Positions 41,040 to 55,600 are shown, numbered from the stretch's first letter. The stretch: 64,000 nt of DNA from Octopus bimaculoides (GCF_001194135.2 NC_068994.1:47847873-47911872), one strand, 5' to 3'. The notes: generated by a model from the sequence alone, not told the origin. A program made the numbers and translations.

Positions 41040-42140
41040 AACATTAGCTTGGATGAGGTGCAGTTTGGTATTGTGTGCCAGGAAGAGTTACAACTGGTGA
41101 CCTAGTCCTAGTGAGATAACTGCAAGAGGTGTACTTAGCTTAGAAGAACTCCCTACATCTAGCTTTCTTTAATGTCTGGAAAGCATTTGACAGAATCTTT
41201 CACTCAGTGATCTGGTGGTCACTAAGGAAGGTAAGGATAGATAAATGGTTTGTGTGAGCTGTACAAGCCATGTATTGAAGTGCAATCAGTAAGGTTGGCA
41301 ACATGTTCAGAATGCCACTAGAGGTTCATTAGGACTCAGTTCTGAACTACCTCCTATTTATTATAGTCCTTCTAGCTAAAATAGAGCAATTTAAGATTAG
41401 CCATCCTTGGGAACTCCTATTTTCTAATGACTTGGCTCTTATAGCAGAATTTGTTGAAAATTTAGAACTGATATTCTAGCCTCAAAAGAAAACTAAAAAG
41501 GACTTGAAAGTGAATTTAAAAGCTTTAAGTAAGTAGGAAGGAAGATAGAACCCTGATACCATCAAGGAAATTACTGTGTTCAGTATGCAGAAAAGGAGTG
41601 AGTAGAAATTCCATACATTGTGCCTCATAGACTTACAAGAATTATAATGTGAACACCTACAATCTCATATGCAGCAGATATATAAGAGCCATAAGCATTA
41701 AGAGCTCTCAGGAAATAGATTCTCTCAAATAGCTTAGATAACTCTCTGGTTGTAGATAGTGTCTCGTACTTTAGTGACCTAATTAGCATGTGGGAGGGTT
41801 GCTCAGAAATTTAGTAGCTCAAGTAAGAATGGGCTAGGGAAATTCAGGAGCCATTCCCTTCCTCTGTTGGCATGAAGGGCATGTAGTAAGATGCTGGTGC
41901 GAGACAGAGCTGTGAATGTAGAGAACTTGCAAAGACTAGAAAGAAATGAAGTGAGCAAGCATCACTGGATGTGTAGTGTCTGTTTGCCTAAACGGAATCA
42001 GATGAAGTGTGCAAGAGGGAAGACTGCACAGCACAAATATGTTATATGTATGGAGGATGACAGCTATCTAACGAAGTGCCAAACATTGAAAATAAATGAA
42101 ACGTGTGGAAGTGGAAGACTTCGGACAAAGTGGTGAAAAC
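41040..42140 (+). mobile_element. RTE-clade LINE reverse transcriptase remnant
   Basis: DEVQFG, KAFDRI and ELLFSNDLALIAE (YADD box decayed). Confidence 0.8.
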
Positions 42141-42329
42141 TGATCACAGTAAAGTTTGTTTTGAGACTACAGGCTCACTAGGCAAGAACTCGTTCCAGTT
42201 TCCATGGTTTTTAAGCGACCGAGAATAGAAGACTCACATCTGAAAGGAACACCAGTCTGGTACAAGTTTAACTAGTTAAATTGTTTTTATATATAACTTG
42301 ACATAGAAATGAACATTAATGTGTGTGTG

Positions 42330-43130
42330 TAAGAATATATATAAATCTTAGAAGACTTCAGCCACTCCTTTCCCGCCATCACCTTCTTTTGACTGCCACT
42401 CCTAGCTTGACTTTTCCTCCTCCTATTGCCTTCACACTAAGCATGCTATCTCTTGCTCCCAATTCCTCCATCTTTGTCTCTTGTGCAACCACAACCATGA
42501 CTGTTAGACCCACTCCCAATATGTGGTCTGTTTCTACATTGTGAGTGGATATCCCTCCCACTTCTTAGTCCAGGCTGCCTTCAATCTCCAGTCTATTCAG
42601 CTACGCTCCTGTCTTCCCCCAACTGCCTTTCTTCTCTCTATATTTATCACCTCTTAACTTCTTTATTCTTCTGCCATAAGAGCTGCACTATCCTCCTCTA
42701 ACCTGATCCCACCACCCTCCAACTCTTTTGTAATCCACCCCTGCCTTGCTCTGTTGTACAGATACACACAACCTATATGACTTACTGATCCTTCCACTCC
42801 TTGTGTTCTATCTACACTTGTCTCTTGTTTTTGGCCCATTGCAGTACCTATATGTACACCAACAACACCAGCTCCCTTACTGGAGCCCACGTCTGCACCT
42901 TCCATATTTACAAATTTGTAAACTGCACCTACCTCCATCAGTGTTAACCAATTGCCTCAAATACTCGCTCTGCAATGTCTTCTTTTATCAATCAAACCAG
43001 CTGCCGTTCGACTGACCTGTTTGTGGAGCATCTCTGCAACATATGGCTTAGCATCTAAGCAATTGTCTCTTGCTGTTTCTATTCTGTGGACCACTTAACA
43101 CATATCTGGCTTAGCTTTTGGCTTCACACA
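42330..43130 (+). mobile_element. Penelope-like remnant (GIY-YIG end)
   Basis: INQTSCRSTDLFVEHLCNI (cf. IGETGRRLADRFAEHLRDI) near 42985-43045. Confidence 0.55.
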
Positions 43131-43984
43131 CTACATCCTCAAATTCCAAGCTTCACCAAGAGATGCATTTTATTTTCTTTCTCAAAACACATATGCCTTT
43201 CAGACACCCTGCCCACTTACACACACATGCACACAAACACAAACACACATTGAACAAAATATAAACATGTTCTCCTACACATTCAACACACATGGCTGGC
43301 CACGTACACATGCACATGGTAATCATCTTGCTTACATGCACACATACATACAAACCAACACCAAAACAACATTTTATATTATATACACATACGCTCATGT
43401 GCGCATGCATGCACAAACACACACACATGTGAATACACTCACATAAAACCATTTTTCTACACTCCCACGCATGAATACATATAGAGATACACTGTTCACC
43501 TCCTGTTTGCTCTCTCGTCTTTGAACACCAAACATGGGCGGCCAACTTCTTCTGGTCAGTCAACAGCTACCATGTAAGACAGGCAACAAAGTGTAGAAGG
43601 ACAATGTCTGAAGCATCATTGTTAACCCTTTCCACTTCTCCAAGCACCAGACTAATAATTTGATCATTTAATCATGAACCTCACTTGTCTTTCTTTTTAT
43701 TTTTTTTCTCCATTTCATATATGTGTATATATATGTGTGTATATACATACATACATATATATTTATACACACACCCCATATTTACTTGTGAATAAGTCGC
43801 ACTATTTTATACCTAGTTGTTACTGGAAAAAAAATTGGGCTACAACAATACACAAATAAATTCTACATACATTTTTATATACAGACATGCACGCACGCAC
43901 ATATGTATACACACACTCACACATACATATATATACACACATACATACATGCATACACACACACAAGTGTGTGTGTGTGTGTGT

Positions 43985-44190
43985 ATATTTTCTTTTTTTA
44001 TTTACTTGTTTCAGTCATTTGACTGCGGCCATGCTGGAGCACCGCCTTTAGTCGAGCAAATTGACCCCAGGACTTATTCTTTGTAAGCCTAGTACTTATT
44101 CTATCGGTCTCTTTTTGCCGAACCGCTAGGTTACGGGGACGTAAACACACCAGCATCGGTTGTCAAGCGATGGTGGGGGGACAAACATAT
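43985..44190 (-). mobile_element. SINE family A, young 3' half
   Basis: CpGs intact; near-identical to 10680-10880. Confidence 0.9.
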
Positions 44191-44923
44191 TTAAGTTAAA
44201 AACTTTCACAGCTGCTCTACTCTCTGATGAATTAATTCCCCAGGAATGTAACAGCACTAGTCCTAGTAAAGAGTCTCTTATCATATATTAATATATCCTC
44301 TATATGATGTATTGAGTATCTTAGTTTAATTTTGGTTCCCTCTGTTCCTAATGGAATCTCGATGTGTGTATATTGTATATAAGTAAACAGTTGATTTTGA
44401 TATGAGAACTTTAAAATATCAATTATCTATTCAATAAAAGACACTGTCTCTTGAGATGGCCACTGAATTAATGAACTGACTAACCTGTTAGTTCAACCAC
44501 CTGCTGAGAAGATATGAAATAAAATGTATAAGATGGAATGAGAGGAGGAGAGGGGGAGAGAGACAGAAATATTTTTTCTGCAATTTTATTGAACAGGCAG
44601 CTGATACATAGTCATTTAAATTGCTGAATATAGCAGCCTGAACCTTCACAAATCACATCCACATATAAAGACAATTGAGCAATAAAGTTTTTGACATACA
44701 AATGATGCAAGTGTCATGTCTGGAATGTCTTTCATCATAGCTTTTTGACTATATTTCATTTGAGGCTATACAGCATCAGAGTTCACTTAGAGTCAACATG
44801 GAAAGACTCCAATGCTGGCATGTAACTTTCTAGATATAACAGCTGAATTTACATCAAATCACACACTACTTTCTTCAATTAGGAAAGGATGTGTTGGAAA
44901 ATGTAGTCTCACAGAAGTATAAC

Positions 44924-44961
<38 letters not shown>

Positions 44962-45339
44962 TGCACAGAAAGAGAGAGGAGTGACCTCTGTCAGTCTTGC
45001 AAACTATGGAATAAAATAACTAAAGTCCAAGCCTCGACCTGCAACCTTAACGTGAGACATTAAATATTTACATTAATTCACATATATACATACATGCACA
45101 CACACACACACACACACACACTCGCCACATGTTCACTTTTTACATTCGTTCTTTTCTTTACTAACATGGGTCAGACAAATATACTTATTGGAACATTGTT
45201 TTACAGTTGGATGCACTTCCTGTCACTTAACCTTAAGTAAGAGATCCCTTATTCAATGCCTTCAAAGGCTCAAAGCCAACAGATGTTTTGTTGACAGGAG
45301 AAATGCAAATGTAAATAAACACACATGAGAACACACACT

Positions 45340-45385
<46 letters not shown>

Positions 45386-45589
45386 AAAGGCATCTGGTTG
45401 TAAAACAATGCCTCAAAGAACATATTTGTGTAATCCATGCAAGCATGGAATAAAGAAAGGAAGCTCTTAAGGATATTTTTAGGAATTTTATTGTTCCAAA
45501 CTCACTGCAAGAAACTTCTATGAAAATATGAAAAAACTGTAATAAAAAAAGATAAAACTGAAACACATTTGTGTCTTTCATACTTACAT

Positions 45590-46020
45590 ATCATCATCAT
45601 CATCATCATCGTTTAACGTCCGCTTTCCATGCTAGCATGGGTTGGACAACTTGACTGAGGACTGGTGAAACCGGATGGCAACACCAGGCTCCAATCTAAA
45701 TTTGGCAGAGTTTCTACAGCTGGATGCCCTTCCTAACGCCAACCACTCAGAGAGTGTAGTAGGTGCTTTTACGTGTCACCTGCACGAAGGCCAGTCAGGC
45801 GATACTGGCAACGGCCACGCTCGAAATGGTGTCTTTTATGTGCCACCCGCACAAGCCAGTCCAGGAGCACTGGCAACGATCTCGCTCGAAAATCCTACGG
45901 GAGCCAGTCAGGCGGTACTGGCAACGGCCACGCTCAAAATGGTGCATCTTATGTGCCACCCGCACAAGAGCCAGTCCAGGGGCACTGGCAACGATCTTAC
46001 TTGGCTTGCCGGGTCTTCTC
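45590..46020 (-). mobile_element. Retroposon family D with internal A-B-A-B minisatellite
   Basis: (CAT)n tail; repeat units start at 45790 (65 bp), 45855 (48 bp), 45903 (67 bp) and 45970 (partial). Confidence 0.88.
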
Positions 46021-46036
46021 ACTATACACATCTATG

Positions 46037-46090
<54 letters not shown>

Positions 46091-46670
46091 CATGAAAGTG
46101 AGAATGAAATGGGGAGAGTGAGAGAGACATAAGGAGAAAATACAAAATTTTTGAGTGTGTGAGAACTATTGAAAACAAATAACAATCATAGTTTCCATGC
46201 ATTATGTAAGACTATAAGATACTATTTTTGTAAATAAACTCATTCATTGAATCTGAGTGCTTATATTAATGCAACTGTTTGTGTGTGTGTGTGTGTGCAT
46301 ATGTATGTATCGAAGTTGCATATGTGTTAGAATTCATGAATGCATTGTCCTTTTGTCTCTTAGAGCTGTATGTATGTTTGTGTCTATGTGTATCTTTTCT
46401 TTGTGTGTGTGTGTGTATTACTGTGCACATCCTTTTCATTCTCTTTGTTGTCGGCAATGGTGACAACATTTAGAAACTTGTTGGTATGATAATTAACAAA
46501 ACTCTTGTTTTGAATCCTCTACGAATCAGATTTTCAGATTTGCTTGTAACTTTTTCAGACACAAAGGCTTATCCCCAAGAATACACAGATCAAATATGCG
46601 TGCAATGCCTTATTCAGTCTAAAATTGAGGAACACACAAACAGAATTTGAATTTTAGTATTTTGTGTGTG

Positions 46671-46703
<33 letters not shown>

Positions 46704-46989
46704 AACCACAGACATGTGAGTTCGAGTCTCATGGCTGGCCGGCAACGCATTTTTCTGCATTATGTGGATAATTTATCCTGATCGCGCTATTTATAGCATT
46801 ATCATGCGTTTGAGAAATAAATTTATTTCTGTTCTTACAATACATCTCAACGCTTCTAAAAAAGAACAATCTTTGTTTGTTTACCTTCATCGTAAAGTTG
46901 AATATATATATAANNNNNNNNNNNNNNNNNNNNNNNNNNNNNNNNNNNNNNNNNNNNNNNNNNNNNNTATATAATATGTATATATAGGT

Positions 46990-47350
46990 TCAAAAAAAAA
47001 AAAAGGAAAAAGACAAAAAACAACAACGTGAGGACGTGATACAGATTGTGTTACTAGACGCTCGGGAAAGGAAAGAGAGAGAATATGACGTTTCGAGCGG
47101 AGCTCTTCGTCGGAAACAAGGAAAGTTCAAAGAAGGGAAAAACGGAGGAAGAAAAAATCGCCACCGATGTCCACGAGGTTACATTGTGGAAGGACCGGGA
47201 GGGGAAGTGGTGGAGGAAAAGTTCTTTCTAAGACAGGAGAGTGCAAGAGGGGGGTAAATATGTGTATGTGCGCGGGGGTCTGTGTGTGTGTGTGTGTAAT
47301 AACAGAACGTGTGTGTACGTATGTATGTGTGTCTGTGCGTGGTTTGGCTG
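46990..47350 (-). mobile_element. Penelope-like terminal repeat with minimal hammerhead motif (47087-47113)
   Basis: Minus strand reads CCGACGA-A-GAGC-UCC-GCUC-GAAAC-GUC; flank CTCGGGAA(A)GG is shared with the 27130 copy. Confidence 0.6.
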
Positions 47351-47414
47351 TTTACCTATGCTGACATGGAAAAATGAATGTTAAATGATGATGATGGTAG
47401 TGGCGGCAGAGGAG

Positions 47415-47462
<48 letters not shown>

Positions 47463-47819
47463 TACGCACACAGGTAGAACATTACGGAACCTTTGGCTCC
47501 CTAACTTTTCTGTATTAATGATTTTTACCAAATTGATGTGGTCATCTCTAATTTAAACAAATATTAAACTTACTTAAATAACTAAATGAAATTCAGGCAC
47601 CTGTACATTAGTATAAATGATACAAGTTTATTAATACTGTACTGTGAAGATACAAGGTGCTGTGAAACAGGACTGCTCAGGAAACTAGTCTGGCGGTCAC
47701 AGGAATTTGAAGTTCCTGCTTGTAAATCAGTGCCAATTAGAAGTTTTGGAGCATGAGTGTCCAGAAAATCAGTTTGACTAGTATGTATATCTGTGTGTGT
47801 GTGGGGGGGGGGTATTAGT

Positions 47820-48103
47820 GAGGGCACATGGCTTAGTGGTTAGAGTGTTGCACTCATGATCGCGAGATTGTGATTTCAATTCCTAGACTAGATGGTGCAT
47901 TGTGTTCTTGAGCAAAACACTTCATCAGATGCATGGTGTACCACCTGATGCATTGGTACACCATGCACCTGTTCAGACAACGTTGATTTGATGGAGAGAG
48001 TGAGCTAATGTGTGGCACAAACATTTGATCACAATAAGCAAATGATTTGTGCAGGTCATTTGGCAAAAGCTGAATGCTCATACGTCTTCTCCGATAAGAG
48101 AGC

Positions 48104-48135
<32 letters not shown>

Positions 48136-48450
48136 CGTGGAGGCGCAATGGCCCATTGGTTAGGACAGCGGACTCACGGTCGGAGGATCGCGGTTTCAAT
48201 TCCCCGACCGGGTGTTGTGTGTGTTTATTGAGCGAAAACACCTAAAGCTGCACGAGGCTCTGGCAGGGGGTGCTGGCAGCCCCTGGTATACTCCTTCACC
48301 CCAACTATCTCTCACTTTTTCTTCCTGTTTCTTGAGTAACGCTGCGATGGACTGGCATCCTGTCCAGCTGTGGGGAACACATACGCCATAAATACCAGGA
48401 AACCGGGCCCATGAGCCTGGCTAGGCTTTAAAAGGGCGCATAAATAATAA
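47820..48450 (+). mobile_element. Two tandem family-C SINEs (47820-48110, 48136-48450)
   Basis: Two tRNA-like heads; the second has GCTGCGATGGACTGGCATCCTGTCCAG (V-domain-like). Confidence 0.85.
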
Positions 48451-50161
48451 AGTATATATATATACACAAATACATTTTTAATGTTGACTGTTGAAAGAAA
48501 GAGCACTCATTACCATACCATAGTAGAGGTTAGGAGGCTGACATGACCAAAGTAGATAAATGTATAGGATATCATTTGTAATCTGTCCAATGTAGGTCTG
48601 TCCCATTGGTAATATTGGACAAAAGAAATGGTGAAGATAGGAATGGGAATGTTACAGGTATCAAGGTAGCCCAGGTTTGAAACCTGTGGTGATACACCTC
48701 ACTGCAGGCCTTGATCAGTTTGAGAACTGAGGCAGATGATGACACAGTGTTGTCAGAGAGAGTGTGTGTGTGTGTGTGTTTAACTACACATGCACACATA
48801 TGCACAGATGCACATGAATATAGAAGTTTATGTAGATACCACACATCCATATACACACACACACGCATATACATACAGACAGACAGAGGTTATATATACA
48901 ATTAAATGCAGACATTAAAAAAAAGAATGGTTTATTCAATATATTCTCTCCCTCCTCCTCAGAAACTGAAAGAAACGAAATGAAAACTAACAACAGAAAG
49001 AAGAAAGAAAATATAAAGGGTTTTAGAACGTGAATTACTGGGGAAATGATTGGTGTTGCTTTCTTTTTTTATTCTCTCTATAGAGAATAGATGAAAGGGG
49101 CGATTAGATGCGAGTGAACTGCAAATAACAGGACTACATGGAGAGGGGTGATTGGTCATTCCTCCCCTGTTTCTCTCTCACACTTTCTCCCTCCCTCCCT
49201 CTCTCTCTCTTTCACTAGTACTCCACCTGCCCCATCTGCCCGACAGAAATTTGCTAGCACGTCTCTCTGGTGTGGTCCAGCAAAATCAATGATCAGCATT
49301 GATCTAAAAAGAGACTGACATCAAACAGTATTTCTGATATGGAAAAAAAAAAAAATAAATAAAAATAAAAAAACCAGAAAGAAAAAAAATTCATTTCTTT
49401 TTATCGTATCGTGAAATTTATGGTAAATGGAGAAATGTGAGAAATGTGTAGAGATGTAGCCAAAAACATTTGCTGAAAAATGTTTTTGGCTATTTTCATC
49501 GATTTGACTTGTGGCCTGTTTGTAGCTAGGGGAGTTGCCGGGCTAGATTGGTGGTTTGTTTGGTGGGGGTGGGGGAGTATCTAATGGACAGAACAATCAC
49601 CTTTCCTTTACTTCATCATCATCATCATCACCACCATCACCTTCATTGTCATCATCGTCACCACCACCACCATCTAAACATTTCACCAAATTCCTTCTCC
49701 CTAAAACAGTTGTCCTTTGGAATTTCATCACTGCCCATGTTTTTTTTTTGTTTTGTTTTTTCCTTACAGCTGTTTAAGCTGAACATCAAATGCATCAATG
49801 TCACCACTCTGGGAGGAGATGAAGGTCATGGGCAGTGCCCCTTCTCTTTTGAATATCTGATGAAAAAAAAAAAAAATTACAATCATCATCATCATAACAC
49901 CATTGTTGCAATCATCATCCTAATCATTATCAACACTATTTTAACCATTTATGAGTTTGGCAAGTTTGTAACGCAACAGTGCTTCTGCGTGTCTCACTCC
50001 GCTCCTTTCTCCAGCATCAGCACATTGCGTGATTGCACTCTTTTATATGTTTGATTGTTTGCAGCTGCATTGTTTTGCTTTGAGTTTGGAGATCTTGGCT
50101 ACTGTTACTACAACCTCCTAGCTATTGCCAGACGCTGCTACAACAGCTTGTCAGTGTATTT

Positions 50162-50560
50162 CAAGGCATGGGCAACCTTTTTTCAACAAACTGATCACAT
50201 GAAACATACTCATTATCAGACAGGCCACAATTACAAAAACAATTCAAACTAATCTTCCTTAAGGCATACCATTCAGAAACTCCAGCAGGCCTTAACCTAT
50301 GACTGGTGTATGTCATCATGATAGCATCCTTAGAAAGCCACTCTATGCCTTCTTTACATACAGCCTTGTTGGATTGAAACTTTTGGGAGTAAAAATTATG
50401 GGGAAACAGCCATGGCAATGGCTCTTTCTTTTGGACCAAAAACAGATGAACGGTTGTTGACTTTGTACAGAAGTGAAATAAGATCTGTGACGAAGTTCTG
50501 CTCTCTTACACAAAACTGCATCCATCTGAATAGCAAAGACACTCTATCATCACCATGCTC
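50162..50560. mobile_element. Possible hAT-derived fragment
   Basis: CAAGGCATGGGCAACCTTTT resembles a hAT/Charlie TIR; no partner TIR or TSD found. Confidence 0.3.
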
Positions 50561-52314
50561 CTTAACATCTGGCCCACAGACAAGTTGTTTCTTTGTCTAC
50601 TCTATCACTTCTACAACAACCTCTACTTCAGTAAATTTTATAAATTTATGCCATATACCTTCAAGCCCATCCAAAACCCAAAATATCTCTTTCTATCTCT
50701 TATCACCCCTACTGTATTTCATCTTCTTTCCCAGCATCATGTTTTACCATTTCACCCAAAATGTCAAACTTGTGGAATTCCTTCCTTGTTCTACTTTTCC
50801 TCTAGATGTTGATTTACAAATGGTCAAGCTGAACATAAAAACTGTATTAATCTCATTAGTCCTCAGTAAGGCAGTGGACTGGCAGAACCATTGCCACACC
50901 AGAAAAAATACTTAGCGGCATTTTTCACAGCTTTACTTCTGAGTTCAAATTCCGCCGTGGTCAACTTTGCCTTTCATTCTTTCGGGGTCAATAAAATAAG
51001 TACCAGTTAAGTTACCCTGTCCCCTAAAATTGCTGGCCTTGTGCTGAAATTTGAAACCAATCTTATCAGTCTCAATGAATGTACAAAGATCATGGATATT
51101 GTCTCTTTCTTCTGACTAAACCGTGAAAAATAAATTTTAAAAACTCTATGTTCATTATGTGCATCAGCATTAGAGGCTTTCATTTTGCAAGCTGAGATCT
51201 TTTTCCTTCCTTCCCAATTCAGCTTTCAACTTTTGTGAACTTAACAAAGGGAACTGGACCAAGTGTTAAAGGCTTCTTTAACCTAAGCTTTTTAAACTTT
51301 TTCACTCATAACCAGCAGAAATGAAATGGCCAAGTAGATATAGATTTTGGACTGCCAGCTCCTAGATATTTGGTTTGAATCTATTGTAGGTATCTAGGAA
51401 AGGTATTTAGGCTGTACACTTAATTCTACATCACTTCAATTCTTCCCAGCTGCCATAAATAGAGACTAGATCATTTATAAAATGTTATTATCTTTAATAA
51501 ACATGTTTCTTATCTTTGGAAGGAAATTTGTCTTTAAAAGTCTTTTCTACTGTTTTTTTGTTTTTTTAATTTTAGTTCATTAATTAATAATGTGTTCTAA
51601 GTCAAAATCTTTTTTGCTTTTCATCTCTGAGGTGTTTGAATTAAAATAAAGTACCACTTATACAGTAGGGACAATTTAATCAATTATAACTGTTCCTTTT
51701 ACCCAAGAGAGAAATTAATATTTATGAAATATAAAAGTATATTAATTTTCAAAAATTACTGTTGAGAGTTATTTTAATACTTTTTTTAATAGGAAAAATA
51801 TTGACTGTGTGGCTAAGAAGTTTGCTTCCCAACCATGTGGCTTAAGGTTCAATCCTATTGCATGGCACTTTCAGCAAGTGTCTTCTATTAATGCTCCTGG
51901 TCAACCGAAGCCTTGTGAGTGGATTTGGAAGACAGAAACTGAAAGAAGCATGTTGTAAATGTGTGTGTGCGTGCATGCACTTCCTCATCTTGATAGTGCA
52001 AGATAATTGTAAATGAGTGACACCATCATTCAAGCTGTGTCCCTTCATTTCCAGTCTTCCATAAAAACATGTCCAGTTATGGGGGAAATATTACCTTGCT
52101 TGTAAAGAAAGAAAGGGTTGGCAACTGGAAAGCATTCAACTGCAGAAAAATCTGCCTCAACAAATTCTGTCTGACCCATACAAGTATTGAGAATGCTTGT
52201 TAAAACAATGTTGATGATTTATCTTGTAGTACTGCTTTAGTGTTATGACATGGGTTTCCTCAGTTACACATTGTCAAGATAAATATGATTTTAGATAGTC
52301 AATATTCGTTCATC

Positions 52315-52620
52315 ATCATCATCATCATCATCCTCATTTAACATCCATTTTCCATGAAAGCATGGGTTAGATGCTTTGACAGGAGCTGACTTGGCAGGGA
52401 GCTGCACCAGGTTCCATAGTCTGTTTCAGCTTGGTGTCTACAGCTGGATCCCCTTCTTAACACCAGCTACTTTACAGTGTACTGGGTGCCTTTTACACGG
52501 CACCATCAACAGTGCTTTTTCATGGCACCATCACCAGTGCGTTTACATAGCACAATCACCAGTGTGTTTATGTGACACTATCACCAGTGCTTTTACATGG
52601 AACCATCACCAGTGCTTTTT
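52315..52620 (-). mobile_element. Retroposon family D, old copy with 25-bp x5 array
   Basis: Units start at 52486, 52512, 52537, 52562 and 52587. Confidence 0.8.
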
Positions 52621-55600
52621 GGGTGTTAGGGGATGAAATGTGAGTGGGGGGGAAGATGGTTGACTGGGCAGAGCCCTTCATGGATAAGCATTACCAAGGT
52701 GGTTTAACTGTGATTTTAGACATTATTGTATGTTGAGAAAACATAGGAGCCTGAGTATGATGATTCAGCTTGCTTGAAATAGCAGCAAAAATCACCTTCA
52801 AATGCAAATGCACATTGCCATCTTTAAGAAAAGAGGATAATGAATAATGGAGTCCAAACTTGCACTAAATTCTGAATCAGAAACTTGCATTTAAGGTTCT
52901 TTTCAGTATTTTATTTTGTGGTTTTGATGAGTTGTTATTGCTATATGTACAATATTTGTTTTGCAAAACACACATGGTATGGACGGGGATGGAAGACCTT
53001 GAATGTTCACTTGCTAACAGCATTCTGAACATTCTGAACATTCTGAACATGAAAAACAGGAAGTAAACAGCCAAGAAGCTGCAGTACAGTTGATGTAACA
53101 AACAGCAGGACTTTAAAATTAGATCATAACCAACAGCTACCACTGGTTCATTAAACACAATTATCATCATCATCATCATCATTTAATGTCCATTTTCCAT
53201 GCTGGCATGGGTTAGACAGTTTGACAGGAGCTGGAAAGCTACAGCAGGCTCCAATTGCTTGTTTTGGCATGGTGTCTATGGCTGAGTGCTCCTTCTAACA
53301 CCAACCACTTTACAGAGTGTACTGGGTGCTTTTTTTTTTTTTTTAATGTGGCACCAGCACTGGTACTTTATACATGGCAGCACCAGATATTAACTACTTG
53401 CTGGTAAATGGACCGAAGTCACCTGCAGCTGTGAAAGAGTAAAGATAATCTTTTCCACAAATTAAAATGGTCCACCATAGGATCACTGATTAACAGTGGT
53501 TTTCATAATATTAGGCAGTTGAAAAATCATCTCACTACCACGTAGGCAACTTACTCAAAAAATATATAATTCTTAGTACCTGCTCCTGACTACTCAGGAT
53601 TAATTAACACTACCTAGTTTGGCAAGAAGTGTATTGCATATTACCCTGCTGACTCATCATCATCATCATTTTGTTAATGTCCACTTTCCAATGCTTGCAT
53701 GAGTTAGATGGAAGTTGTTGAGGCAAAGCCTTTCCTGTAACCAAACCCTCACTTGTTTCTAGTAAGGTTGTATTTCCCCCCCTTGAATGGAAAGGTTTTC
53801 AAAGAAGACTGAAAACAAAGGAGACTGCTTGCATGATAGTGACTCAAGAAACTCTCTTGGAAACAAATACCAGCAATTATCAGCAAAGATCCCCCAAATA
53901 CCAAAAAGAATATATGGAGGCAGTTCTTGGGACTATCACTTAAAAGTATGTTAAAATGGCAACGTTGTGAAGGTTTCAGGTTCCATCTTGAGCCAAGTTC
54001 AGGAATAATGAAAGAATAACAACTAAAACATTTTCAACAAGACTTCAAAGATGAAGAAAATAATCTGAAAGCAAAAAAAAAAAAAAATGTGTTTACACCA
54101 GGGGCTCCAAAATTCTGGTAAATGTTGCCTATCCAGGGGGAAAATTTGTTTGATTCTGCATGTGTAAATTTTTTTCTTCAAGTATGAAATTTAAAAATCT
54201 GAAGCTGGAAGAAAATTTGAAGTCAATCTACTAGTCAAAAAAATGGCATTTGTTTTCTTCTTTCTACTATTTTGTATTTAATGATCTGTATTGTATACTT
54301 GTTAATTACTGTGTCACCATTAGAGGAGTGTAATTCAAATGACTGTGTCTCTTTCTACAATCTGTTCATCATCATTAGTTCATAAATAGGTGAAATAGCA
54401 TTGTTGTTTGCTATTTTTATCATTATTTATTTGNNNNNNNNNNNNNNNNNNNNNNNNNNNNNNNNNNNNNNNNNNNNNNNNNNNNNNNNNNNNNNNNNNN
54501 NNNNNNNNNNNNNNNNNNNNNNNNNNNNNNNNNNNNNNNNNNNNNNNNNNNNNNNNNNNNNNNNNNNNNNNNNNNNNNNNNNNNNNNNNNNNNNNNNNNN
54601 NNNNNNNNNNNNNNNNNNNNNNNNAATTATCCACCAAAACATAGAGTTGATATTTTCTGTTTCTGCAATATTTTTTCAGTATCTCCTATAGTTACTGTTT
54701 CCATATCCACCACTAAACATATTTGATTCTTGCTCTGTAAAGATATATTTGATGAAATATATGAAAAAAAAAATTAAGAAAATTTGAAAAATTGTCTTTT
54801 GCAAAAAGTCTCTCCATTTATTGCTGTACAAGGAGCTTTTTTTTTTTTTTTTTTTTTCAAAACTGTTGGGTAAAACCACTTTGCACAGTTAACAGTAATA
54901 AAATTTTCAGTGGAAATATCCACTTTCTGCATTCACAGGGTTAAAAAAAGTTGCCATAAAGTAGATGGAACGAGAAAGATTAGTAACCCCTGATATACAT
55001 AAAATGTTAGCAGTGACCCTAAGTTGTACTGTTCTTGGGGTTGTTCTTTTAGGGATGATAGTTTCTTGCAAGTAAACTTTCCTTGAACATTCTGCCTATT
55101 ACTTCAGTGTCGTTACTTATACGCCTGGTTTTATCTTGCTGGCATGGGTTGGGTGAGCGTTTTTGAGGCAGTATTCTGTGGCTAGATGACCTTCCTGTTT
55201 TTCAAGTAAGGTACTTTGTTCTCCATTTTTGCATATCAAACTACTGCTTGATGTTTTGTTTATGAGACATAAACATCACCACTGAAGCAGTGTCGGTTCA
55301 AAGGCACATGGAGCCACAAGCGCGCGTGCGCACGCACACATACACATGATGTATGCATACCCATATATACACATTTATATATCTGTCTAACATTTGTTTT
55401 TGTATGCTGGCATGGTTTAGACCAAGACTTATTTGAGGCATCATTTTCTGGCTGGATGCCTTCCCATCACCAACCCTACTGTTTTTTTTTTCTTTTTAGT
55501 AAGAAGTTTTTAATTTCCCAGGTCTTCAAAACTACAAAGTAACTGGTCATAATGTCTACAAGGAATGTAAACTTGCTCTCACTGTTTTGCTCAGGCTGTG

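Noticed and set aside
45790-45996. CRISPR-like repeat/spacer appearance of the A-B-A-B array
   Set aside because: The apparent spacers are themselves repeated, the context is eukaryotic, no cas genes are present, and it lies within a retroposon.
49729-49838. 11-bp inverted repeat CACTGCCCATG/CATGGGCAGTG bracketing an acceptor
   Set aside because: About one such match at this spacing is expected by chance in 64 kb.
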